Source: Azolla caroliniana (Eukaryota; Plantae; Polypodiophyta). From it: DNA of 64,000 bases. The stretch lies in NCBI GenBank assembly GCA_043228905.1, contig JBHGNT010000002.1:8742001-8806000 (forward strand), in the 5' to 3' direction. Positions 1 to 10,503 of the stretch are shown in pieces; the stretch's first letter is position 1, and each line of letters opens with the position of its first letter. Below the pieces are notes generated by a model. That model was not told the DNA's origin, searched no databases, and saw only the letters and a program-made list of their open reading frames with translations. Made by a program: the position numbers and the translations under genes.

Positions 1-1
1 C

Positions 2-2590
2 ATGCAAGGAATCCATCTCCTCCTGCATGGCACTTAACCACCTGCGGCTATGGGTGTCAAGTTTTGCTTCTTCAAAGCTCTCCGGCTCCCCCTCGTCGGT
101 TAGCAGCACGTGCTCTGGTTCTGGAAATCTCCGGGGGGCCCTTCTCTCTCTTAGAGGATATCTCCGTTCCGGAGCTTCGGTAACCGGCTCCTCCGTTTCC
201 TCTTCATCCGAATCCATTTCGGGATCGGGGCCGGTTCCGGTATCAGTTTCATCTTCCTCGGCCGGTTCTGTTTCTTCACCGTCTTCGGCCGGATCCTCGA
301 GTGCTAACCGGTCCCTTGCCGGTCGGGACTGCTCTTCGTAGAGTTGATCCTCACCGGTCGACTTGGAGCTCTTCATCTTCTTCTCCGACTCCCAGTCGGC
401 GAGTGTCTTGTCCTCCATGAAGATGATATCTCGACTCCTGAATATCTTCTTGTCGACCGGGTCCCATACTCGGTAGCCAAACTCGTCATCGCCGTAACCG
501 AGGAATATGCATGGCCGGGTCTTTGGATCTAGCTTTCCTCTCCGGTCCTTTGCCACATGCACGTATGCGAGACACCCGAACACCTTCAGATGCCGGTAGG
601 ACACTTCCTTACCGGTCCACACTTTCTGTGGCGTGTCTCCGTCCAAAGGTACTGAGGGTGATCTATTTATCACATACATCGCCATCGACATTGCCTCAGC
701 CCAAAACCCCTTGGGTAATTTCGCATGCGCCAGCATACTCCGGACCCTCTCCATTATGGTCCGATTCATCCTCTCGGCCAGCCCGTTTAGTTCCGGCGTC
801 TTCGGCACAGTAAACTCGAGCCGGATTCCCTTCGAGCGACAGTACTCCTGGAACTGCCCCCGGTATTCCCCTCCGTTATCCGCTCGTATCGCTTTCAGCT
901 TCTTGCCGGATTCCCTTTCCACTCTCGCGTGGAGTTCTTTGAAGACGCACAACACTTGGTCCTTTGTCTTCAGCGGTGCCGTCCACAGTTTTCGGCTATG
1001 ATCATCTATGAATGTTACGAAGTACTGGGCTCCGCCATGTGACTTCGTTTCTACCTGACACACATCAGTGTGCACCAACTCCAGTGGTGCGCTACGTCTC
1101 GTCGGTGGCCTTGAATGGAAGGAGGTTCGGTTCTGCTTACCGGCCAGGCAATCGGTGCACTTCTCCAGGTGCACTTGCTTCACTGGAATAAGGTTGTCTT
1201 CTGCAAGCCTCTTCATCCCCTTCTCACTCATGTGACACAGTCTTTTGTGCCACAGCTCACCGGCAGTGTCGGTTGCCACATTCAGCTCTTCCGGACATAA
1301 CCGGGCATTCATCAGGTACAGTGTGTTGTCTTTCCGAGCCCGAGCCACTATCAGGCTCCCTTTGCTGAACTTCATTACGCCGTTCCGGATGCTACCTGTG
1401 TAGCCTTCATCGTCTAGCCTCCCGGCCAAAATCAGGTTCAATCGAACCTCCGGAACGTGTCGGACATCCTTCAGCAGCATTTTGCATCCGGTCGGGGTTG
1501 TCAACCACACGTCTCCTATGCCGGCAATCCGGCACGTACCTTCATTTCCCATCCGAACACAGCCATGCTCACCGGCTGTGTAGGATGAGAAGTATCTTCT
1601 CTCCGGGGTCAGGTGGAACGATGCTCCGGAATCGACCACCCAGGTCGTCTCATCGCCGGCAATGTTTAGTTCACCTTCTTCGGTGATGAGCATGATTTCT
1701 TCCTCACTTGCCGTGAGTGCCGTCGTTCCTTTCCGGTCCTGCCCTCGCCGATCCGAACCTCTCCGGTCTGTGGCTCCCCGGTATGCACCGTTTCTCTCCG
1801 GTGACTTCTTCGAATCGGTGTCGTCGGCTCCGTTGTCTTTTCGGTAATGCCGACAATTCTTTCGGAAGTGCCCCGGTTTCCCACAGTGGAAGCATGTGGG
1901 CCTTCCTCTTGACTGCGACCGGGTCCCCGACTTCTCCCGTCTTTGCGGACTCCGGTTCCATTGTCTTCCCCGATCCGATTCGGTAAGCAGCGCCTTCGAG
2001 TCGGAGGCCGGTTCTTTATCTCTCCGACGCGCTTCTTCGTTCAAAATACTTGTCTTTACCGTTTGTAAGGACAAGTTATCTTCGGTGCAGGAGGTGCTGA
2101 GAGTCACCACCAAGTTCTCCCAGCTTTCCGGCAATGTACACATCAGGATGATGGCTTGCATTGCATCCTCCAACGGGAACTTGATCGCCGCAAGCTGGTT
2201 CACGAATCCCATGAACGTGCTCACGTGTTCCACCATATTCTCGCCGTCCCGGTACTTGAGGTTCACTATCTTCCTCATCAGGGAGGTCCGGTTCAACGCA
2301 TTCTTCCTCTCGTAGAGGCCCGACAGCTTCTTCCACGTCTCATATGCGTTGGTGTCATTCGCCACATGTTGTAGAACGCTTACATCGACATATTGCCGGA
2401 TCGTCGCTACGGCTTTCCGGTTAAGGAGCTTCCACTCCGACTCTATTACCCCCTTGGGTATCTCGGCATTGTCAATCGGTTCATACAGGTCTCGGACGAT
2501 GAGAAGGTCTTCCATCTTTATCTTCCAGTCGGCGTAGTTCTGTGAGTTCAACACCATCATGCCCGGAGGCCCACTACCGCCGCCTTCCAT
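2..2590 (-). CDS. Copia Gag-Pol polyprotein (gag, CCHC knuckle, protease, integrase, linker), open to the window edge
   Basis: ATG at 2590 (MEGGGSGPPGMMVLNSQNYADWKIKMEDLL). Motifs CFHCGKPGH, WVVDSGASFH, VHTDVC and RADNGGEY. The frame at 2590 matches the frame of ...SAMQEEMDSLH at 4-2. It is absent from the ORF track, consistent with no in-window stop. Confidence 0.88.
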   Translation of the reverse strand, partial: MEGGGSGPPGMMVLNSQNYADWKIKMEDLLIVRDLYEPIDNAEIPKGVIESEWKLLNRKAVATIRQYVDVSVLQHVANDTNAYETWKKLSGLYERKNALNRTSLMRKIVNLKYRDGENMVEHVSTFMGFVNQLAAIKFPLEDAMQAIILMCTLPESWENLVVTLSTSCTEDNLSLQTVKTSILNEEARRRDKEPASDSKALLTESDRGRQWNRSPQRREKSGTRSQSRGRPTCFHCGKPGHFRKNCRHYRKDNGADDTDSKKSPERNGAYRGATDRRGSDRRGQDRKGTTALTASEEEIMLITEEGELNIAGDETTWVVDSGASFHLTPERRYFSSYTAGEHGCVRMGNEGTCRIAGIGDVWLTTPTGCKMLLKDVRHVPEVRLNLILAGRLDDEGYTGSIRNGVMKFSKGSLIVARARKDNTLYLMNARLCPEELNVATDTAGELWHKRLCHMSEKGMKRLAEDNLIPVKQVHLEKCTDCLAGKQNRTSFHSRPPTRRSAPLELVHTDVCQVETKSHGGAQYFVTFIDDHSRKLWTAPLKTKDQVLCVFKELHARVERESGKKLKAIRADNGGEYRGQFQEYCRSKGIRLEFTVPKTPELNGLAERMNRTIMERVRSMLAHAKLPKGFWAEAMSMAMYVINRSPSVPLDGDTPQKVWTGKEVSYRHLKVFGCLAYVHVAKDRRGKLDPKTRPCIFLGYGDDEFGYRVWDPVDKKIFRSRDIIFMEDKTLADWESEKKMKSSKSTGEDQLYEEQSRPARDRLALEDPAEDGEETEPAEEDETDTGTGPDPEMDSDEEETEEPVTEAPERRYPLRERRAPRRFPEPEHVLLTDEGEPESFEEAKLDTHSRRWLSAMQEEMDSLH

Positions 2591-2605
2591 TTTCTGTGTA
2601 ACCTC

Positions 2606-2617
2606 GCTCTGATACCA
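2606..2617 (-). promoter_or_regulatory. Primer binding site, initiator tRNA-Met type
   Basis: TGGTATCAGAGC on the minus strand, 3 nt from the LTR. Confidence 0.95.
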
Positions 2618-2620
2618 CTT

Positions 2621-3216
2621 TGTTGCAAAACAGCGCTCGGTCACAAACCGAGGAATAGGATCAACTCACAGAAACCGGGAAATACAAAGTGCACGAAGAC
2701 AATAGAGAGAAGAGTACACAGGGTGTTTTACGTGGAAAACCCTAAATGGGAAAAACCACGGGAGTCCTCAAACTCCAACTATCACTATACACAGAGATGT
2801 ACAATGGTGAGGCTACAAGGCAACAACCTTGAGCTCACTGTCTTCGCCACAGGCGGCGGTAATACACAGAGGCGTCGACCTCTTCCTTTCTCTCTCTCTC
2901 TCTCGGCTGCTCTCACTTCGCTCTCACGGCTGAAAACATAAAATGAGCAACAACATAGAACTGTTTGCCCTAAGTCATATTTATACGCATATGACTTTCG
3001 GGCTATTTACAAATATGGCCTCAAGGGCCCTTGGCAAACATATTCACAAATATGTCCCCGCATCCGGATCTCGCTCCGGGTACATTCATCATCCAGCTCC
3101 GTAGCCGGGATCTTCATCATCCGGCTCCGTAGCCGGGACCGTAACCGTAACCGGGATTGCCGTCATTCATCTCCGGACAGCCGACCATCCCATCCGAAGG
3201 GACCGTAATCCCAACA
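2621..3216 (-). repeat. 5' LTR (596 bp)
   Basis: TGTTG..CAACA ends; TATAAATA on the minus strand near 2980; near-identical to 32275-32899. Confidence 0.95.
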
Positions 3217-3251
3217 GTTTCCTATATTGCTTCCGAACGCCATTCTTTTCA

Positions 3252-4600
3252 GGTGTATAAGGTCAAGTACAACACTGTCGGCTTTGTCAACCGCTACAAG
3301 GCTCGAGAAGTGGCAAAAGGCTACGCGCAGAAGCACGACGTGGATTACAATGAGACCTTCGCGCCGGTCGCGAAGATGACCACTGTGCTTGTTTTACTAG
3401 TCGTAGCAGCGGGGAAGGGGTGGCATCTACATCAGATGGATTTGAAGAATGCGTTCCTGCAAGGTGACCTTGAGGAGCAGGTGTACATGGTACAACCCCC
3501 CGGATTCTTATCCGAACAGAACACTTCGGTAGTGTGCCGATTGAAGAAGTCGTTATACGGACTTAAGCAAGCCCCGCAAGCTTGGAATGCGAAGATTACA
3601 CAACAGTTGCGTAAGATGGGGTTTGCGCCATCAAAGTCAGACTCTTCATTGTTCGTTTGGCAATGTTGACATGGACCGGTTTGTCTTTTACTTTATGTTG
3701 ATAATGTAGTCATCGTCGGTGCCAACCTGAATGAAAGCGTCCGCGTAAAGTCTCAGCTTGTAGCATCATTCGACATGAAGGATCTTGGACACCTTCATTA
3801 CTTCCTTGTAATCGAAGTGATCCGCACCCCCGAAGGCATATTGATCAGCCAACATCATTACGCGCTGAATATGGTCTTCAAGTTCGGGATGGCAGGTTGT
3901 AAGGCCATCTTGACCCCTCTGGATAGAAACGTCAAGCTTTGCCGAGATTCGGAAAAGGCATATGACCCGACACAATTCCGACAGATTGTATGAAGCCTAA
4001 TCTATTTGATGATCACTCGACTGGATCTCAGCTACCTGGTCGGCTTGATCAGTCAATGAACACTTTTAGTGCGTGCAAAGGATACTGCGATATGTCAGCG
4101 GCACTAAAGACATGGCATTGCTGTATCAGGCAGACCTAGTCAAACAATTAGTTGGCTACACGGATGCTGATTAGGCAGGAAATGCCAACGATCGTAGATC
4201 CACATCGGGATATGCATTCTTAATGGGAAGTGTGGCGATCGTGTGGAACAGTAAGAAGCAGCCCCCAGTAGCAATGTCGAGCACAAAGGCCGAATAATAG
4301 AAGTCGCTACGTGTGAAGTCATTTGGTTAAAACGACTATTACGCGATTTGCATATGGAGGTCTCCGCTCTGACGACGATCTATTGCGACAACCTCAGCAA
4401 CACCATATTTCATGCTCGGACCAAGCACATTGAGGTGCATTACCATTTTGTTCGTGAGCGTATCCTTTCCGGCGAAGTCAAACTAGTGTATGTTCCGACG
4501 GGTCGGGATATTGCCAACGTATTCACCAAGCTGCTAGGTCTTGATAAGTTACGGTAATTCTCAGATGCGCTTGGGTTGCGCCACCTCAACACGTTGAACT
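3252..4600 (+). pseudogene. pol: Copia family B reverse transcriptase and RNase H, disrupted
   Basis: [63 protein letters not shown]; contains stops and frameshifts. Confidence 0.93.
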
Positions 4601-5088
4601 TGAGGGGGAGATGGGAACAAGAGCGTGAGCTTGAAAGGAGCAGAAGTGATTATCGCGGTTGAACTGATCACCGCGATGTCGAGTCGGATGAAGAATTCGA
4701 TTTTGGGTTGGCTGAAGAAGCCGAAGATGAGTACAGGGGTTGTAATCGCGGGGAAGAGCCAAAGACAGCTGGAAAAGGGGGCGATAAGTCCAAGACCAAA
4801 ACGTGGATTGACATTGTCAAAGGCCTAAAGACTGAAGACGAATTGGAGACAACCAATTCAGATGTAAGCAGAAATGAATTTGAAGTGACCGATTCAATCA
4901 AAATGTTCAATTCAGACATGCTGAATCAACTAACGGCCAAGCAGAGGAAAGGGCAGGGAAAGAAGCACCAACACCGCGACAACAAGGGAGCTGAGAAGGG
5001 CCACACGAGCAGACAAGCCGACTGGAAGGGTCGAGCTGCACGGAATCGAACAGGTCGAGGAGCGTGTGCAAGGCGTGAAGCGAGATGA
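4600..5088 (+). pseudogene. Extra 3' ORF of copia family B (acidic, then basic/RG-rich)
   Basis: ORF 4708-5088 aligns by eye with 60939-61553 (KTWIDIVKGLKTEDELETTNSD vs KTWSDVVKGVKTRDELETTNSD). Confidence 0.55.
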
Positions 5089-5145
5089 AGCTGGAGCGAA
5101 TATCCAAAAGAGCAGGGGGAACTTGAAGTTGAGCTTGAGTGGGAG

Positions 5146-5460
5146 TGTTGAGATACAAGCTCAACATTGGGTGCGTAACCCAGTGCGTAGACGGTACACA
5201 CAAAGCCCGTAACGGTGCGTAAGCCGAGAGACCGTCAGAGCGTTATTCCTCGTAAGGAATAATTTTGGGAGTTAGTGTAGGAGGCTCATTAATGAGCATT
5301 GAAGCATGTGCAAATACTTTGACAAGACTTCTGTCTGTCTGTAAGGACTTGTATAAAAAGCGTTGATTGAACGCATCTTGTATAGAGTGATAGAGAGTTA
5401 TTTTTGAATCTAAGTTCTTGTGTTCTACACACACACTCTCTCTCATTCTCTGTCTCTCCT
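5146..5460 (+). repeat. 3' LTR of copia family B; right end not resolved
   Basis: Starts TGTTGAGATACAAGCTCAA after the PPT-like TTGAGTGGGAG; similar to 61548-61780 and 55267-55665. Confidence 0.8.
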
Positions 5461-5830
5461 GCATATGTTGTGGTGTGACATATTTGATCTGTAGGAGTCG
5501 TATACCTCTCGTTGTGTGTAACTATCTGAGAGATGCAGTTTGCCCATAGTTGACATTACTTCACAATTTAGCTTGAAGTAGTTCTTCACCCAACCAATAG
5601 CATGTCTTCTAGCTGCACCCTTCATACTTGTACAATTGCTACATTGGATACTAGGATCACCATTAAGAAATCCATTAAGAACTCATTGTTGCACTCGATG
5701 TAATCTCATGTTACTAATGCACAATGAGATTTTGAATGCAACTCCACAACATTGGTGTGCATAGAAGAGTTAATACTCAAATGAGATAGAGATGTATGAT
5801 GATCTGTTAGACACCATTTGCATGTGTGTT
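5443..5830 (-). pseudogene. Decayed DNA-transposase-like fragment (possibly Sola-type)
   Basis: Manual translation gives CCGVAFKISLCISNMRLHRV..G, then AIGWVKNYFKLNCEVMSTMGKLHLSDSYTQREVYDSY. This resembles a CxxAF..IS..R / MP..HLP..T..VY pattern recalled from Sola-like transposases; not searched. Confidence 0.4.
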
Positions 5831-5999
5831 GAAAGGTAAGTGTCCTGCTCATCACCAATGAGTGAAAAATAGTAACGACTTCACCCTCTTGGGAAAGAAT
5901 ACTCCTCAACAGAAAATGGCGAATTTTGACTCATGGCTGAAAATATTTTTATCTTTGACCATAATGCTCTCTTGATCAAATTAGAGCTTCTAACAAATG

Positions 6000-6471
6000 G
6001 ATCAATATAAATGAGTATAAGTTCCCTTATATTATTTTTTATAACATAATGACATTTTTTATATTTGAAATTATATATTCTAGTACTTAAATATATGTTT
6101 AAATTTTTATAAATAAATATAAATATAATACCCATATATGTATTCTATGTATTCTACGCCTATAACTTAATATCTATGAAGATGTATAATATATTGTTAA
6201 GTAGTATATAGTTATAAAGAATAGCTATATAGTTATATCAATATATATGTGCACACATTTATATGTGTTAATATGTCTATAGATTTATACGTCTCTATAG
6301 TTGTATTAATATATACATGTTATAATAAATATATATTTTACAAGTATATATATATACATATATATACACTATATATATTCTATATGTGTATACACTATTA
6401 CATAAAGATACTCTACCTATATATAAGTATATAAACTCTATATGAATATATACTTTATATATACACATATG
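6000..6471. repeat. AT/TA-rich low-complexity tract, continuing at 7233-7310
   Basis: Degenerate (TA)n-rich sequence on both sides of the solo LTR. Confidence 0.8.
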
Positions 6472-7232
6472 TGTCGAGAAATACGTGGAATAATCTCCGG
6501 CAACAACCAAAGGGAAATCACTTGATACAATCGAACACAGAAGAAATAGGAATGGAGGTAAGTGCAAGAACAGAAAAAAGAGAGAATGCACAGGATGTTA
6601 ACGTGGAAAACCCTGAGAGGGAAACCCCACGGGAGTCCATAGACTCCAAACTATCACTATATCAAGATTACAACAATGGGGCACAGAGGCAACGACCTCT
6701 TGCTCCCTCTCTTCGCCTCACGGCGGTTACAACAGAGACACGATCACTGTGTGTCGTTCTCTCTCTCTCTCTTACGCACGGTACAGGAGTTATAACAACA
6801 ACGCGCTAAGTTTGCCCTAAGTCATATTTATACTAATATGACTTTTTGGCTATTTACAAATATAGCCCCAATGGACTCTCAGAAACATATTTACGAATAT
6901 GTCACTTCATCCGGTGAGCACTTCTCACTGGGCCTTCACCATCCGGCTCTTGCCCGGTACTCCACATCCGGTTCTCATCGGGTCTTCCGTTGCCAGGTAC
7001 TCCACATCCGGTTCTCACCGGGTCTTTCGTTGCCGGGTACTCCACATCCGATTCTCACCGGGTCTTCCATTGCCGGGTACTCCACATCCGGTTCTCATCG
7101 GGTCTTCCGTTGCCGGGTACTCCACATCCGGTTCTCACCGGGTCTTCCATTGTCGGGTACTCGACATCCGGATTCGGCCGAGGCCGGTACTGTTCTTCTC
7201 AGTTCCCATCCGGAGGGACCTGTTTCCTAACA
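6472..7232 (-). mobile_element. Solo copia LTR, same family as 54277-54954
   Basis: TGTCG..AACA ends with TSD ATATG (6467-6471 and 7233-7237); 40-bp tandem repeat with units starting at 6961, 7001, 7041, 7081, 7121 and 7161. Confidence 0.95.
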
Positions 7233-7599
7233 ATATGTATATACTCTATATACATACTCCACCTAGAAATCCACTATATGTAAAGTAACAATTTTTATAT
7301 ATTTAAATTAACTAACCCCGGTTAACATAACCATAGTCACCTAACCCACGTGGGACCCATATATAACGCACTCTCCTCCATTCGAGAAGCACATGCAAAC
7401 AAGAGCACAAAGCACAACAACACTTGCCCACTGACACATGCATACACTTCCCGACCGAGCACACAAACACCTCTGACATGAACTCCACGCTTCTCTTGGA
7501 GCCCCAACAACCAAACATGTTGTTGAAGAAGATCGAGCATACTGACTCCAAGTAGGTACCCGACCTGTACAGACAATACAATGTACATTCCAATTTCCA

Positions 7600-7764
7600 A
7601 CATTGCACCAACTCGCTACTTTGTATCAAGTTGGATTTTACAGTGGTTTCCTTCCCACCAGCTTGCTACAAAGTGTCGAGTTGATGTTTAAAAAACAGAA
7701 ATTAAATGCCAACTTGATACAAAGTATCGAGTTGGCGTTTAATTTCTGTGTTTTAGACACCAAC
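7600..7764. repeat. Palindromic repeat array, left part
   Basis: Degenerate CAACTCGATAC-AAA-GTATCGAGTTG units; the array resumes at 10504. Confidence 0.75.
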
Positions 7765-8544
7765 TATCAGGAATAGTACTAGAGACAGGGAGAATTAGTA
7801 CTAAAGATAGAGAGGAAGAATAAGGATTAGTACCAAGAACGGGAAGAGTGTGTGGAGAGTCATGAGAGAAGGAGAGAGAGAGGGAGAGAGAGAGATGGAA
7901 GGATGTGGTTTTTGATTACCTTAGATATTGGGGGATGTGGTTTAATTGGACCATGAGAAATGAGTTCTTGTTTGATGGACTTCATGGGATAGCACAACAA
8001 ATCCGTAGGATGAAAGGGAAATTGATTTGGCAATTTTCACAACTATTTTGTATGGGGATCTTGTCCCAAGAGGAGATAGACTTATGTCATCTAGTTTTAC
8101 AACACTTGAGAGGGTTTCCCTTGCAGTATCACTATTTATGAAGTAATGAAGATAGCAAGGGGTGTATTATAATTTTGTTTTAATAACAAACATTGATTTA
8201 CGAAAAAGGGAGAGAGGGAGGGAGGGAGGGAGGGAGGGAGAGAGAGAGAATAATGATAACAAATGATATATTATATGAAGAGAATATACAAGAACAACTA
8301 CGAGGCTTAAGACTGGCATTGAACCAAATTGGTTATGAATAATGCCATGTGCCTCTATTTATAGTACTGTCAAGAGTACTCCTGAAGTTTCTAGAATGTT
8401 CGAGAGTAATTTGGATTACACATGAATTTCCTATTGTGAAATAATAAATGAAAATAATATCTTTCGTATTACAATATTTGGTTTAATAGTAAGGGTTCAA
8501 CCCATGTAACACAAGGTCATGGGTTCGAATCCTTTGGGAGCTTG

Positions 8545-8930
8545 CTGTGAACAATCTTGGAATCAAGGATGGCAACAACCGTGTACTTAGGTCCATCTTC
8601 AAGTCTCGCAACAAGCTTGGAGTCAAGGATGGCAACAACCTCGTACTTAGGTCCATCTTCAAGTTTGATTGAGGGTGGAGGTGGTGTAATACAATCTGGG
8701 ATAGTGTTGTCCTAATAGGGTTCTAAGAGACAACAATGAAATACCGGATGTATTTGTAGTTGCGAAGGTAGATTAAGGCGAAAAGTAACATCATTAATTT
8801 TTTCATTAATACGAAAAGGGCCTAACCGTCGATAATCCAGTTTGTCACACGGTCAAGTAGTTTTGATGTGCTGTCGTAATAGCCCTACTCGACTTGGTGA
8901 ACCCGTTGTGATAATCTTTATATTGTTGAG
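8545..8930 (-). pseudogene. pol: Integrase C-terminus (GPY/F) and start of chromodomain
   Basis: KLDYRRLGPFRINEKINDVTFRLNLPSQLQIHPVFH..LEPY..PPPPSIKLEDGPKYEVVAILDSK, with a ~60-bp tandem duplication. Confidence 0.85.
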
Positions 8931-9249
8931 CTTTTTTGGTGCTCCCTTGTTGTAGGTCCCCAAGTATCCTTTGATTTTCATGCTCTAATGCCACAAATTT
9001 ATTCGTGAACATGTTGAGTTCGGAAAGAACACTCATATATTCCTGTTTGCTCACACACTCAATAGCTTATGAGCGAAGAGGAGAAGGAAGAAGAGAACTT
9101 GTTAGGAAGAGAAAGAAATGAATGAAATTGGTTCAAACTATCAAGACAAAGAGAGAGAGAATCGAAAGGGAAGTACTATATTGCAATGTAAAATGGATTA
9201 CAAAGAGTAAGCAACAGAGTACTATAGAATGGTGTTGAACCAATTTAGT

Positions 9250-10008
9250 TTTGGGATAATTGATTGGAATGGGCGTTTCGAATGTCGTTTGAAAAGACGG
9301 TTATTGTATCGTGTATCGCTCGACTGATTGCTTCTGTGAGCGACTTTGGTTCTTCAGGGAAAGTCAAGAGTAAATCCGTAATATCATTACGTAGGCCATA
9401 ATGAAATTGCTCCATCAATGCTTGGTCATCCCAAGGAATATCGGTGATGAGAACACAGAAATCCGCAGCATAAGTTGAGGCCAACCGGTCACCTTGACAC
9501 AGTCTTCGGATTTTGTTGATTGTCATCCTCACACTATCGGTATCTCCAAAACAGGCTTTAAACTCGCTAATAAACTCTTCAAAATATTTAACAAGGGAGA
9601 GTTTTTTCTAGCAGAGGGGCAAACCATGCCAAAGCTGTTCCACTAAGTAACGTGCCTACTAGTTCCACTAGTGATGCATCAGTGGGATATCGGGAAGCAT
9701 GCATTTGAAGCACCAAACATACCTGATTAAGAAATACTCTAAACTGTGATCACGTTCCATCAAACTTCATAGGGTTCTTTGGGAGTCCCTTGAGTGCTTT
9801 GTCCTTGTTGTTGTAATGACACAATAGTTGCTTCAAGTTGTTACACATGTAACGTCAGTTCCTCATGTTGTTATTGTTTTTCTAGAGCTATTTGTTGAAG
9901 ATCCCCCAATAGACCTTGATTTTCTTGTTCTAGTGCTACAAACTTTTCTTTTAAGTATTGGAGCTCCGAGAAAACGGATTGGTATTTTTAAGCACTAACA
10001 ATTGCCAT
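9250..10008 (-). pseudogene. gag: Chromovirus gag remnant
   Basis: RRLCQGDRLASTYAADF..WDDQALMEQFHYGL..SLTEAISRAI; ATG at 10008; in-frame stops. Confidence 0.85.
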
Positions 10009-10503
10009 TTAGTAAGAAGGATAAGAGGATTAGTATGAAGGGAAGGAGGAATAAGAGGATGAGCAATTTGGTTCAAACTGTCAGGAATAGTACTAGAGAC
10101 AGGAATACTTAGTACTAAGGATCGAGAGCAAGAATAAGGATTAGTACTAAGAAGGGAAAGAGTGTGTGGAGACTCACGAGAGAGAGAGAGAGAATGATGA
10201 TAATAAATGATATATTATATGAAGAGAAGATACAAGAACAACTAGGAGGCTTAAGACTGGCGTTGAACCGAATTGGTTCTGAATAAAGACACGTGCCTCT
10301 ATTTACAGTACTGTCAGGAGTACTCCTGAAGTTTCTAGAATGTTCCAGAGTAAACTAGAATATACATGAATTTCCTATAGTGAAATAATAAATGAAAATA
10401 TGTTTTGTATTATAATGCATGGTTTAATGGTAAGGTTCAACCCATGTAACACAAGCTCATGGGTTCAAATCCTTTTGGAGCCATACCATGCCATATCATG
10501 ACA

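Larger units (their letters stand above)
1..3216 (-). mobile_element. Young Ty1/copia (Tnt1-like) LTR retrotransposon, 5' half; continues beyond window start
   Basis: 5' LTR 2621-3216 (TG..CA), PBS TGGTATCAGAGC at 2617-2606, and gag-PR-INT running to the start of RT at position 1. Confidence 0.95.
7765..10503 (-). mobile_element. Internally deleted, chimeric Ty3/gypsy chromovirus (Tf1/Tcn1-like)
   Basis: LTRs at 10079-10503 and 7765-~8541, TSD CCAAC (7760-7764 and 10504-10508); gag, integrase GPY/F and chromodomain-start remnants. Confidence 0.88.

Noticed and set aside
27-2537. Many short plus-strand ORFs opposite copia/gypsy coding regions, here and across the window
   Set aside because: They are antisense shadows of gag-pol with no independent motifs
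3240-3256. Splice-acceptor-like TTCTTTTCAG|G just before the RT remnant
   Set aside because: Only ~35 bp of context remain; more simply a deletion junction, and the downstream frame is disrupted
6838-7288. Repetitive ORFs in LTRs (also 23691-24245, 30656-31535, 45847-46185, 54527-55004)
   Set aside because: They arise from stop-poor GC-rich tandem repeats that are open in several frames
8479-8535. Functional tRNA genes (also 10420-10475, 56455-56515, 12834-12882, 34664-34710)
   Set aside because: No complete cloverleaf or paired acceptor stem; only promoter boxes or 3' halves are present
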